Positions 36,941 to 45,267 of a DNA stretch of 64,000 nucleotides are shown here, piece by piece. Origin of the DNA: an uncultured Oscillospiraceae bacterium (GTDB lineage Bacteria; Bacillota; Clostridia; Oscillospirales; Oscillospiraceae); NCBI GenBank assembly GCA_964461385.1, contig CAYWUA010000003.1:9454-73453 (forward strand), written 5' to 3'. The notes below the pieces were generated by a model. The model searched no databases. It had not been told where the DNA came from and was given only the letters and a program-made list of their open reading frames with translations. The position numbers were made by a program, and so were the translations under genes. Position 1 is the first letter of the stretch, and each line of letters starts with the position of its first letter.

Positions 36941-38881
36941 ATGACAGACGGCTTTCTCACCGTGGCCGCCGGCACGCCGGAGATCCGCGTGGCCGACTGC
37001 GCGTACAACGCCGGACAAATCATCCGCCTCATGCGCGAGGCCGCGGCGGCGGGTGTGAAGGTGCTCTGCCTGCCGGAGCTGTGCATCACCGGCTATACCT
37101 GCGGCGACCTGTTTTTGCAGTCCGCCCTGCTCGGCGGGGCGGAGGAGGCCCTCGCGCGCATCCTGCGCGAGACGGAGGACCTCGCGCTGGTGTGCGCCCT
37201 CGGCCTGCCCTACCGGTATCACGGCAAGCTCTTCAACTGCGCCGCCGTCATCCAGGCCGGGCACATTCTCGGACTGGTCCCCAAGATCAACGTGCCCAAC
37301 TATACCGAGTTTTATGAGGCCCGCTGGTTCACCTCCGGCCGCGCATTGGGAGAGACCGACTTCTGCGTGCCGCTGTGCGGCCAGCAGCCGGAGTTTTCCA
37401 CCGGACTCCTCTTCCGCTGCGAGGGTATGCCGTCCCTCGCCATCGGCGTGGAGATCTGCGAGGATCTCTGGGTGCCGGACACCCCCTCCACCCGCCTGGC
37501 TCAGGGGGGTGCGACCCTCATCCTGAATCTCTCGGCGAGCGACGAGGTGGTCTGCAAGGACAGCTACCGGCGCAATCTGGTCACCTGCACCTCCGGCCGG
37601 CTGGTCTGCGGCTATGTCTACGCCGACGCGGGGCAGGGGGAGTCCTCCACCGACCTGATCTACGGCGGGCACTCGCTGATCGCGGAAAACGGCGCCCTGC
37701 TGGCCGAGCGGCGCTTTGCCACCGGGCTGACCGTCGCCCAGCTCGACCTGGAAAAGCTCATCCACGAGCGCCAGCGGATGAGCACGTTCCCCGCCGGTGC
37801 GCCCGATATTTACCCGCAATATTTTGCCCTCGCCCGGACGGAGGAGCCGCTCACGCGCGCGGTGGCCCCAAATCCCTTCGTCCCCGCCGACCATGGCGAC
37901 CGGGCCGCCCGCTGCCGGGAGATCCTCACCCTCGCGGCCCTCGGACTGCGCAAGCGGCTGGAGCACACCCGGGCAAGGACCGCTGTGATCGGCCTGTCCG
38001 GCGGGCTGGACTCCACCCTTGCTCTGCTCATCACCAAAATTGCCCTGTGCGACCTGCTCGGCCGGCCGGCCTCCGACCTCCTCGCCGTCACCATGCCCTG
38101 CTTCGGCACGACGGAGCGGACGAAGTCCAACGCCGTCCTGCTGGCCGAGGAGCTGGGCGCCTCGCTGCGCACGGTGGACATCGGTGAGGCAGTGCGCGTG
38201 CACTTTCGCGATATCGGCCAGGCGATGGACGACCTCTCCGTCACTTTTGAAAACGGCCAGGCGCGCGAGCGCACCCAAGTGCTGATGGATCTCGCCAACA
38301 AAACCGGCGGCCTGGTGATCGGCACCGGGGACCTGAGCGAGCTGGCCCTCGGCTGGGCCACCTATAACGGCGACCACATGAGCATGTACGCCGTCAACGC
38401 CTCTATTCCCAAGACGCTGGTGCGCCATCTGGTGGCCTATGTGCGCGACGAGCGCCGCGCCGCCGGCCAAGGGCGGCTGGCAGACGTGCTGGAGGACATC
38501 CTGAATACTCCCGTCTCCCCCGAACTGCTGCCCGCCGTGGATGGCAAGATCAGCCAGAAAACGGAAGATCTCGTCGGCCCGTACGAGCTGCACGACTTCT
38601 TCCTCTATTATGCCGTCCGCTGGGGGTTCCGCCCACGCAAGGTGCTGCGCCTGGCCGAGCACGCCTTCCAGGGCCGCTACGGGCGGGATTACCTGCTGCG
38701 CTGGCTGGAAAACTTCTACCGCCGTTTCTTCGCCCAGCAGTTCAAACGCTCCTGCCTGCCGGATGGACCGAAGGTGGGCACCGTCACTCTCTCCCCACGC
38801 GGAGACTGGCGGATGCCGAGCGATGCCTGCGCCGCTCTTTGGATGGACGAGGTGCGTGCCCTGCGCACCGGGGAAATCTGA
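36941..38881 (+). CDS. nadE: Glutamine-dependent NAD+ synthetase (long form: CN-hydrolase plus NAD synthase domains)
   Basis: Start at ATG 36941 (AAGGAAG RBS). The nitrilase-like N-terminus reads LPELCITGYTCGDLF. The PP-loop GLSGGLDSTLALL lies in the C-terminal half. Confidence 0.9.
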   Translation: MTDGFLTVAAGTPEIRVADCAYNAGQIIRLMREAAAAGVKVLCLPELCITGYTCGDLFLQSALLGGAEEALARILRETEDLALVCALGLPYRYHGKLFNCAAVIQAGHILGLVPKINVPNYTEFYEARWFTSGRALGETDFCVPLCGQQPEFSTGLLFRCEGMPSLAIGVEICEDLWVPDTPSTRLAQGGATLILNLSASDEVVCKDSYRRNLVTCTSGRLVCGYVYADAGQGESSTDLIYGGHSLIAENGALLAERRFATGLTVAQLDLEKLIHERQRMSTFPAGAPDIYPQYFALARTEEPLTRAVAPNPFVPADHGDRAARCREILTLAALGLRKRLEHTRARTAVIGLSGGLDSTLALLITKIALCDLLGRPASDLLAVTMPCFGTTERTKSNAVLLAEELGASLRTVDIGEAVRVHFRDIGQAMDDLSVTFENGQARERTQVLMDLANKTGGLVIGTGDLSELALGWATYNGDHMSMYAVNASIPKTLVRHLVAYVRDERRAAGQGRLADVLEDILNTPVSPELLPAVDGKISQKTEDLVGPYELHDFFLYYAVRWGFRPRKVLRLAEHAFQGRYGRDYLLRWLENFYRRFFAQQFKRSCLPDGPKVGTVTLSPRGDWRMPSDACAALWMDEVRALRTGEI

Positions 38882-38903
38882 TCCTTCTGCCGCCCTGACT
38901 TTC

Positions 38904-38932
38904 TGCCCGTCAGCCAATTTGGCTGACGGGCA
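38904..38932 (+). terminator. nadE terminator hairpin
   Basis: tgcccgtcagcc-aattt-ggctgacgggca, a 12-bp stem followed by atttgccgtttc. Confidence 0.5.
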
Positions 38933-39011
38933 ATTTGCCGTTTCAGAAAGCTCGTGCCCCAATCTCCGTTTTCACCGTTTGTCGATGTTTTAATATTTTT
39001 GTTTTTTGCAC

Positions 39012-39041
39012 TTGACAAAAATCTCCGTATGGTGATATCAT
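39012..39041 (+). promoter_or_regulatory. Orphan consensus-like promoter with no downstream ORF
   Basis: TTGACA-18 nt-TATCAT with an extended -10 element (TGaTATCAT), inside an AT-rich intergenic patch. Confidence 0.4.
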
Positions 39042-39100
39042 ATCTTCAGAAAATAGAACATGCGTTCTATTTGGAGATGAGCAACTAAAAAGGAAACGGT

Positions 39101-39138
39101 AAAAAAGAATTGACCGTCCCAAACGGGACAGTCAATTC
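39101..39138 (-). terminator. Rho-independent terminator of the tRNA-Thr/tRNA-Tyr operon
   Basis: The minus strand reads gaattgactgtccc-gttt-gggacggtcaattc-TTTTTT. The stem is 14 bp with one G-U pair. Confidence 0.75.
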
Positions 39139-39141
39139 CGA

Positions 39142-39224
39142 TGGAGGAGAATGGATTCGAACCATTGTAGGCGCAAGCCAACAGATTTACAGTCTGCCCC
39201 CTTTAGCCACTTGGGTACTCCTCC
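39142..39224 (-). tRNA. tRNA-Tyr (GTA)
   Basis: Hand-folded cloverleaf: acceptor ggaggag/ctcctcc, anticodon loop cuGUAaa, long variable arm, T-arm aatgg-ttcgaat-ccatt. No encoded CCA. Confidence 0.9.
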
Positions 39225-39263
39225 GTATGCACTTTGCCAAACCCATCCGCCGCGTCCATGAAA

Positions 39264-39336
39264 AGCTGGTGGACGGACTCGAACCCCCGACCTGCTGATT
39301 ACAAATCAGCTGCTCTACCAACTGAGCTACACCAGC
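39264..39336 (-). tRNA. tRNA-Thr (TGT)
   Basis: Acceptor gctggtg/caccagc, D-arm gctc-agttggta-gagc, anticodon arm gctga-ttTGTaa-tcagc. The T-arm ggggg-ttcgagt-ccgtc has one G-G mismatch in my fold. Confidence 0.85.
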
Positions 39337-39365
39337 AAGGCCAGCGCTTGAATTCAACGAGATGT

Positions 39366-39394
39366 ATCTTACCAGATGGGAAGGACTTTGTCAA
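39366..39394 (-). promoter_or_regulatory. Promoter of the tRNA-Thr/tRNA-Tyr operon
   Basis: The minus strand reads TTGACA-17 nt-TAAGAT, about 30 nt upstream of the tRNA-Thr 5' end. Confidence 0.65.
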
Positions 39395-39482
39395 GGGTTC
39401 GACGGAAATTTTTTGCATATCTCTTCCGCCCCACCGTCAAAACAGGCGGGTACCCCCGCCAGAGATTATAGGAGGATATCAC

Positions 39483-39812
39483 ATGGCACGAGCAATCTAC
39501 CGCCGGGGCAAACCGTATGCCCGCAGGGCAGGGCACTATATCCGTCTGGCCGCCCAGCCGGAGCTGGACCGGACGCTGGACCGCTATGAGATGGCATTGG
39601 TCGAGGATCTGCGCGAGACAGTGACCGCGCGCGAACTAGAGTGCCTGGAGCACTACTATGTCCGGCAGCTCGGCATCGCGGATATCGCAGCCCGGCTGGA
39701 GATCAACATCTCCACTGTCTCGCGCAATATCCACCGCGGGGAGGCCAAGCTAGACCGGCTCACCCGCCTGGCCGGGCGCATCAGCCCGGTGCGGCCGGCC
39801 AGGACGGCCTAG
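39483..39812 (+). CDS. Small sigma-70 region-4-like HTH protein (109 aa)
   Basis: ATG 39483 follows AGGAGG. The sequence TARELECLEHYYVRQLGIADIAARLEINISTVSRNIHRGEAKLDRL resembles sigma-70 region 4 and UPF0122-type HTH proteins. The N-terminal ~45 aa are basic and unassigned. Confidence 0.6.
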   Translation: MARAIYRRGKPYARRAGHYIRLAAQPELDRTLDRYEMALVEDLRETVTARELECLEHYYVRQLGIADIAARLEINISTVSRNIHRGEAKLDRLTRLAGRISPVRPARTA

Positions 39813-41047
39813 TATTCTTCCGAAAGCACCACCGGCCGGCTGCGCCACTCCATGCCGCCCCGCCGGCGCTCTGGGCCGGGCAGGCAGAGGCTCCAGAGGT
39901 CGGTCGCGCGCGCCTCGATCTCAAAGACGCGCCGGCCCTCCGGGTCGAGCCGTCTTGCCTCCCCCGGGCGGATCAGCCGCGGCAGGCGGGCGGTCCCGTC
40001 CATCGCGCGCAGGAGCTGCCGGCCACGCCCATTGCAGCCGAGGACGCGCAGATAGGGCGCGCGCGGCCGCTGGTCCTCCCTGGTAAGGCCGAGGAAGGCC
40101 CAGAGAGCCATCCGCCGCACCCGCGCCTCGGGGCAGCGGCGGGTCTTCGCCCGGTCATAGAGCTCGGCGAGGGTGACGGATTCGCGCGCGGCGCGCGCCA
40201 GGCGGCGCTCCAGCCCCGGCTCCCAGCCGGGCAGGCGCTTCAGCTCTTCTTCCGTCATCGCCCGCAGCCGGGCGATGACGCCCAGCTCGCACCGCGCGAG
40301 AGCCGCCGGACAGAGGCCGTCCTCCCGCCGCCGGCGCAGGAGATCGAGGCTCTCCGCCGGGAGATAGGAGGCCATCTCCCCCCACGCGTCTTTTGCCAGA
40401 TACCGGCGCAGGAGGGACGCAGAGGCGTAGCCGCCCTCCGCTTGCGCCCCGTCGTGGGCCGCGCCCAGCCGGGGGACAGTGATGACGCGGACGGCCCCGC
40501 CCCAGTGGCGGACGGCCCGCAGGTACTCCACCCCGAGGTTGTTGTTCGCCCCGGAGAGCAGCTCCGCGTCCGGGCCGAGGAGATCGCGCATCGCCGCCTG
40601 GCGCGCCGCCGCGTAGGACAGGCCGCGCGCGAGATGGGCGCGGATGCCCTCCTGCGCGGCGCCCCCGTCCAGCGCGTCCGCCAGGCGCGCGAGCGGGGCG
40701 GTCTTGCCGCACTCGCTCCCAAAGGCAAGGGTGTCCACCAGGCCGGTGTCCAGTAGAATCCCCACCGCCCCGCGCGCAAAGGTTTCTGCCGAGGTGGCGG
40801 CCCAGAGAACCGGCAGCTCCAGCACCAGATCCGCCCCGCCGCGCAGGGCCATTTCCGCACGCGCCCACTTGTCCGCCGCCGCCGCGCCGCCGCGCTGGGT
40901 GAAATGCCCGCTCATGACGCAGATGACTCCGCGCTCCGGGCAGAGGGCGCGCACGCGCGCGAGCAGATGCGCGTGGCCGCGATGGAATGGGTCAAACTCC
41001 GCCACTACGCCCACGCAGCGCGGGTAGAATGCATGCTGACTGTCCAT
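39809..41047 (-). CDS. tmcAL: tRNA(Met) cytidine acetate ligase (TmcAL / YlbM, UPF0348 nucleotidyltransferase)
   Basis: The internal ATG 41047 gives MDSQHAFYPRCVGVVAEFDPFHRGHAHLLARVR...VMSGHFTQRG, the HxGH-type nucleotidyltransferase signature of YlbM. Confidence 0.8.
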   Translation of the reverse strand: MDSQHAFYPRCVGVVAEFDPFHRGHAHLLARVRALCPERGVICVMSGHFTQRGGAAAADKWARAEMALRGGADLVLELPVLWAATSAETFARGAVGILLDTGLVDTLAFGSECGKTAPLARLADALDGGAAQEGIRAHLARGLSYAAARQAAMRDLLGPDAELLSGANNNLGVEYLRAVRHWGGAVRVITVPRLGAAHDGAQAEGGYASASLLRRYLAKDAWGEMASYLPAESLDLLRRRREDGLCPAALARCELGVIARLRAMTEEELKRLPGWEPGLERRLARAARESVTLAELYDRAKTRRCPEARVRRMALWAFLGLTREDQRPRAPYLRVLGCNGRGRQLLRAMDGTARLPRLIRPGEARRLDPEGRRVFEIEARATDLWSLCLPGPERRRGGMEWRSRPVVLSEEY

Positions 41048-41202
41048 CTCCGGTCCCTTTCCTGTAATTTTTTCCAAACGGGCGTTGCCCTTTTGGCTGG
41101 ATTGTACTACAATAAGGATAGTATCTATTATACTGTGCCGGACGAGTGGACGCAATCCCCACCGCCGGCACGACCGATAGGGGAAAAGGAGACGAGATTT
41201 AA

Positions 41203-42408
41203 ATGAATATTCTGGTCATCAACGCAGGCAGTTCCTCCCTGAAGTATCAGCTGCTCGACCCCGAGACCGGCAAGCTGCTGGCCAAAGGCCTGTGTGAACG
41301 TATCGGCATTGACGGCCGTCTGAACCACCAGATCCCCGGCGCGGACAAGCGCGTGTTTAACATCCCGATGCCCACCCATGCCGAGGCGATCCAGTCCGTG
41401 ATCGACGCCTTGCTAAACCCGGAGTACGGCGTGATCTCCTCCGTCCACGAGATCGACGCGGTGGGCCACCGCGTGGTCCACGGTGCGGAGTCCTTTGCTG
41501 ACAGCGCGCTGATCACCGACGAAATGCTCTCCGTCGTCGAGGCCTGCAACCCACTGGCCCCGCTGCACAACCCGGCCAACATCATCGGCATCAACGCATG
41601 CACCGCCGTGCTGGGCAAGAACGTGCCGCAGGTAGCCGTGTTTGACACCGCCTTCCACCAGACCATGCCTCCCGTCTCCTACCTCTACGCCCTGCCCTAT
41701 GAGTTCTATGAGAAGGACAAGGTCCGCCGCTACGGCTTCCACGGCACCAGCCACCGCTATGTCTCCCAGCGCGCCGCGGCGATGCTCGGCCGCCCGCTCG
41801 AGGAGCTTAAGCTGATCACCTGCCACCTCGGCAACGGCTCGTCCATCGCCGCCGTGAAGTACGGCAAGAGCGTGGACACCTCTATGGGCTTCACCCCGCT
41901 GGCCGGCGTGCCGATGGGCACCCGCTGCGGCGACATTGACGCGGGCATTCTGGAGTACCTGATGAATAAGTACGGCTATAACATCGACGAGATGCTGGAT
42001 ATCCTCAACAAGAAGTCCGGCGTGCTCGGCATTTCGCAGCTCTCCTCCGATTTCCGCGATCTGGACACCGGCATTGAGCAGGGCAATGAGAAGGCGGCCC
42101 TGGCCAAGAACGTATTCATGTACAGCGTGAAGAAATATATCGGCGCGTATGCCGCCGCAATGGGCGGCGTGGACGCCGTGGTCTTCACCGCCGGCGTGGG
42201 CGAGAATGGCCCCGACCTGCGCGAGACCATCACCGACGGCCTGGAATTCCTCGGCATCAAGCTGGACAAGGAGAAGAACAACTGCCGCGGCCGGGAGATC
42301 GACGTCTCCGCTGCCGACGCCACCGTGCACACGCTGGTCATCCCCACCAATGAGGAGCTGATGATCGCGATGGACACCGCCGCGGTGGTGGAGGGGCTGA
42401 AGAAATAA
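41203..42408 (+). CDS. ackA: Acetate kinase
   Basis: MNILVINAGSSSLKYQL...GHRVVHGAE...RRYGFHGTSH. Confidence 0.95.
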   Translation: MNILVINAGSSSLKYQLLDPETGKLLAKGLCERIGIDGRLNHQIPGADKRVFNIPMPTHAEAIQSVIDALLNPEYGVISSVHEIDAVGHRVVHGAESFADSALITDEMLSVVEACNPLAPLHNPANIIGINACTAVLGKNVPQVAVFDTAFHQTMPPVSYLYALPYEFYEKDKVRRYGFHGTSHRYVSQRAAAMLGRPLEELKLITCHLGNGSSIAAVKYGKSVDTSMGFTPLAGVPMGTRCGDIDAGILEYLMNKYGYNIDEMLDILNKKSGVLGISQLSSDFRDLDTGIEQGNEKAALAKNVFMYSVKKYIGAYAAAMGGVDAVVFTAGVGENGPDLRETITDGLEFLGIKLDKEKNNCRGREIDVSAADATVHTLVIPTNEELMIAMDTAAVVEGLKK

Positions 42409-42440
42409 TCTTTTTCCACCAAAGGATACACAGACAGCAC

Positions 42441-42476
42441 GCCGGACGCGGGTTTTCCCCACGTCCGGCGCTTTTT
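42441..42476 (+). terminator. ackA rho-independent terminator
   Basis: gccggacg-cgggttttcccca-cgtccggc followed by gcTTTTT. Confidence 0.7.
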
Positions 42477-42527
42477 GAGACAATCAGCCGTCTGACATTG
42501 CCTGGTCCGCGTTTGGTCCGGCGGGCA

Positions 42528-43046
42528 TCAGCCCCAGATCACATTCCCCTCCTGGCGGGGCTTGGCCGGGGCGGCGGGCGCGGCAGCGTAGCCGAGAATA
42601 CAGTTGCCGATCCCCTCGTATTGCTCCCCAAGGCCCCACTGCTCCTTGAGCGCACGGCCCTCGGGGCTGTCCATCACCTCTTTTGCCCGGTGAATCCAGC
42701 AGGAGTCCACCCCCAGCGCGTGGGCGGCGTTCATCAGGTTCCCCATCGCCAGCGCCCCGTCATAGAGATAGGTGGGCACCGTCCGGTCGGCCAGCACCAC
42801 AATCACGGCGGGCGCGCCGTAGAACGGGTCGCTGTCCGTCCCCATCACGGCGGCGTTGAGCCGGGAGAGCAGATCGCGCGTCTGGCGGTCCTGCACGACG
42901 ACAAACACGCACGGCTGACGGCCCATCCCGCTCGGGGCATATCGCCCCGCCTCCACAATCTGCTCAAGCACCTCGCGCGGCACCTGCTGCTGGCGATAGG
43001 CGCGCACGCTGCGGCGGGTGAGCAGGTTCTCATAGGCTTCTTGCAT
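42528..43046 (-). CDS. Nitroreductase-family protein
   Basis: The internal ATG 43046 gives MQEAYENLLTRRSVRAYRQQQVPREVLEQIVEAGRYAPSGMGRQP. Confidence 0.85.
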   Translation of the reverse strand: MQEAYENLLTRRSVRAYRQQQVPREVLEQIVEAGRYAPSGMGRQPCVFVVVQDRQTRDLLSRLNAAVMGTDSDPFYGAPAVIVVLADRTVPTYLYDGALAMGNLMNAAHALGVDSCWIHRAKEVMDSPEGRALKEQWGLGEQYEGIGNCILGYAAAPAAPAKPRQEGNVIWG

Positions 43047-43196
43047 AACAATTCGCCTTCCTTTCCAAGTTTGGATGGATTTGGATGGATTCAGTATAGC
43101 ACGTCCCCGCCCCGCTTTCAAGCGCACGATGCGCGGCGCGGAAGAGGACAGCGCTCGAAAGTACGCCGTTTTCCCCTCTTCCGGCAGAAAAGACAG

Positions 43197-43225
43197 ATGA
43201 CAAGGGGAAAGACGTGTGCTATACT
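43197..43225 (+). promoter_or_regulatory. Candidate sufC promoter
   Basis: ATGACA-17 nt-TATACT with an extended -10 element (TGcTATACT). This implies a leader of about 100 nt. Confidence 0.4.
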
Positions 43226-43326
43226 GACACAGGATGCCGTCTCCCGGAACCAACGCCGGCAGAGCGCGGCAAATCTGGTTATACTGAGATCCGGCGGCAT
43301 GTGCGGCCGGAGGAGGAGAATATACT

Positions 43327-44058
43327 ATGCTGGAACTCAGACACATCTCTTACCAGGTGGAGGATGATGGTCAGAACAAGGAGATCTTACAGGATATCAA
43401 CCTGACGCTGGATAACCGTTTCATCGCTTTCACCGGCCCGAACGGCGGCGGCAAGAGCACACTTGCCAAGGTCATCGCGGGCATCGTCACCCCCACCGAA
43501 GGCCGGATACTCCTGGACGGGGAGGATATCACCAGCCTGAACATCACCGAGCGCGCCCGGCGCGGCATCAGCTACGCCTTTCAGCAGCCGGTGCGCTTCA
43601 AGGGGATCACCGTCAAGACCCTGATCGACCTGGCGGCCCAGCGCCGCCTGTCCGTCAAGGCCGCCTGCGGCTACCTGTCTGAGGTGGGCCTGTGCGCCGC
43701 GGACTATATCAACCGCGAGGTGAACGACTCGCTCTCCGGCGGCGAGCTCAAGCGCATTGAGATCGCCACCGTCCTCGCCCGCGGCACCCGCTTCACCCTC
43801 TTTGACGAGCCGGAGGCCGGCATCGACCTGTGGAGCTTTCAGAACCTGATCCGCGTGTTTGAAAAACTGCACGAGGACATCCATGGCACCATTCTCATTA
43901 TCTCCCACCAGGAGCGGATTTTGAACATCGCGGACGAGATCGTGGTCCTGGCCGACGGACGCATCCGCCAGCACGGACCCAAGGATGAGGTTTTGCCCGG
44001 CCTGCTCTCCGGGCGCAGCTGCGCGTATCCAGAGGGCTGCTGCGGCAGAAATCAGTGA
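43327..44058 (+). CDS. sufC: Fe-S cluster assembly ATPase SufC
   Basis: MLELRHISYQVEDDG...GPNGGGKSTLAKVIAG...LSGGELKRIEIA...LFDEPEAGIDL. Confidence 0.9.
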   Translation: MLELRHISYQVEDDGQNKEILQDINLTLDNRFIAFTGPNGGGKSTLAKVIAGIVTPTEGRILLDGEDITSLNITERARRGISYAFQQPVRFKGITVKTLIDLAAQRRLSVKAACGYLSEVGLCAADYINREVNDSLSGGELKRIEIATVLARGTRFTLFDEPEAGIDLWSFQNLIRVFEKLHEDIHGTILIISHQERILNIADEIVVLADGRIRQHGPKDEVLPGLLSGRSCAYPEGCCGRNQ

Positions 44059-44069
44059 GGTGACATTCC

Positions 44070-45020
44070 ATGGCAGAAAAGAAGACCTTCCAAACCCTGA
44101 AGATCGACCCGCTACAGCGCCAGCTCCTGGAGCAGGTCGCCGAGCTGCATGAAGTCCCCGAGGGCGCCTTCAGTCTGCGTGTCAACGGTAAGTCCGCCAT
44201 GGTGGCCAGCAGCGAGCACATCACCATCGTCCCCAAGGCGGACAAGCCGGGCATCGACATCTATATCGCCCCAGGCACAAAGCACGAGAGCATGCACATC
44301 CCCGTCGTCCTCTCCCAGACCGGCCTGAAAGACCTGGTCTACAACGACTTCCACATCGGGGAGGACGCAGACGTCGTCATCGTCGCCGGCTGCGGCATCC
44401 ACAACTGCGGCGAGCAGTCCTCCGCCCATGACGGCGTGCATACCTTTTACGTCGGCAAAAACGCCCGCGTGAAGTACGTCGAGCGCCACTACGGCGTGGC
44501 GGACGACAAGGGCGATGTGGAGATGAACCCCACCACCATCGTCCACCTGGACGAGGGCGCCTATCTGGAGATGGACACCACGCAGATCAAAGGCGTGGAC
44601 CACACCGTGCGCGAGACCACCGGCGACCTGGCGGCAAACGCCACCTTTATCGTGAAGGAAAAGCTGATGACCGACCGCAAGCAGTACGCCGAGACCCGTT
44701 TTTCCGTCGACTTGAACGGCGCCGGTTCGAGCGCGGACGTCGTCTCCCGCTCCGTGGCCCGCGACGAGTCGAAGCAGAAGTTCCTCGCCGCCATCAATGG
44801 CAACACCGCCTGCCACGGCCATAGCGCCTGCGACGCGATCATTATGGACCACGCCTCGGTGCGCGCCATCCCGGAGCTGACCGCCAATGACGTGGACGCC
44901 AGCCTGATCCACGAAGCCGCCATCGGCAAGATCGCCGGCGAGCAGCTGATCAAGCTCATGACCCTCGGCCTGACCGAGGAGGAGGCAGAGGCCCAGATCA
45001 TCAACGGTTTTCTGAAGTAA
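44070..45020 (+). CDS. SufB/SufD-family Fe-S assembly scaffold protein (short, 316 aa)
   Basis: The C-terminal beta-helix region is SufB/D-like: VVSRSVARDESKQKFLAAINGNTACHGHSACDAIIMD...EAAIGKIAGEQLIKLMTLGLTEEEA. Confidence 0.8.
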   Translation: MAEKKTFQTLKIDPLQRQLLEQVAELHEVPEGAFSLRVNGKSAMVASSEHITIVPKADKPGIDIYIAPGTKHESMHIPVVLSQTGLKDLVYNDFHIGEDADVVIVAGCGIHNCGEQSSAHDGVHTFYVGKNARVKYVERHYGVADDKGDVEMNPTTIVHLDEGAYLEMDTTQIKGVDHTVRETTGDLAANATFIVKEKLMTDRKQYAETRFSVDLNGAGSSADVVSRSVARDESKQKFLAAINGNTACHGHSACDAIIMDHASVRAIPELTANDVDASLIHEAAIGKIAGEQLIKLMTLGLTEEEAEAQIINGFLK

Positions 45021-45267
45021 TCGCCCCATTGCAGTCCGCCCCGGCGGCAGCGCAGGTCCGCTGTCGCCGGGTTTTGTCTGTTTTATACAACAAATACGGA
45101 TTGTAAAATGTCGTTTTGCACGGATTTGTCGATTGTCCTGCTTCCGTGAATGGGATACAATAAAACCAGATTCTTTTTGCTGTCTGTTTACAGAGTGGCA
45201 AACAGGCGGTGGGAAGAGCCATTTCTCCCGCACGGACCCTATTTTTTACCACAAGGAGGAAGGAATT

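Noticed and set aside
36815-38962. 715-aa minus-strand ORF opposite nadE
   Set aside because: A shadow ORF of the NAD synthetase gene, with no recognisable motifs.
43071-43090. Tandem duplication ttggatggat x2 upstream of the nitroreductase gene
   Set aside because: It has only two copies, overlaps the RBS and leader region, and does not form an array, so there is no evidence of function.
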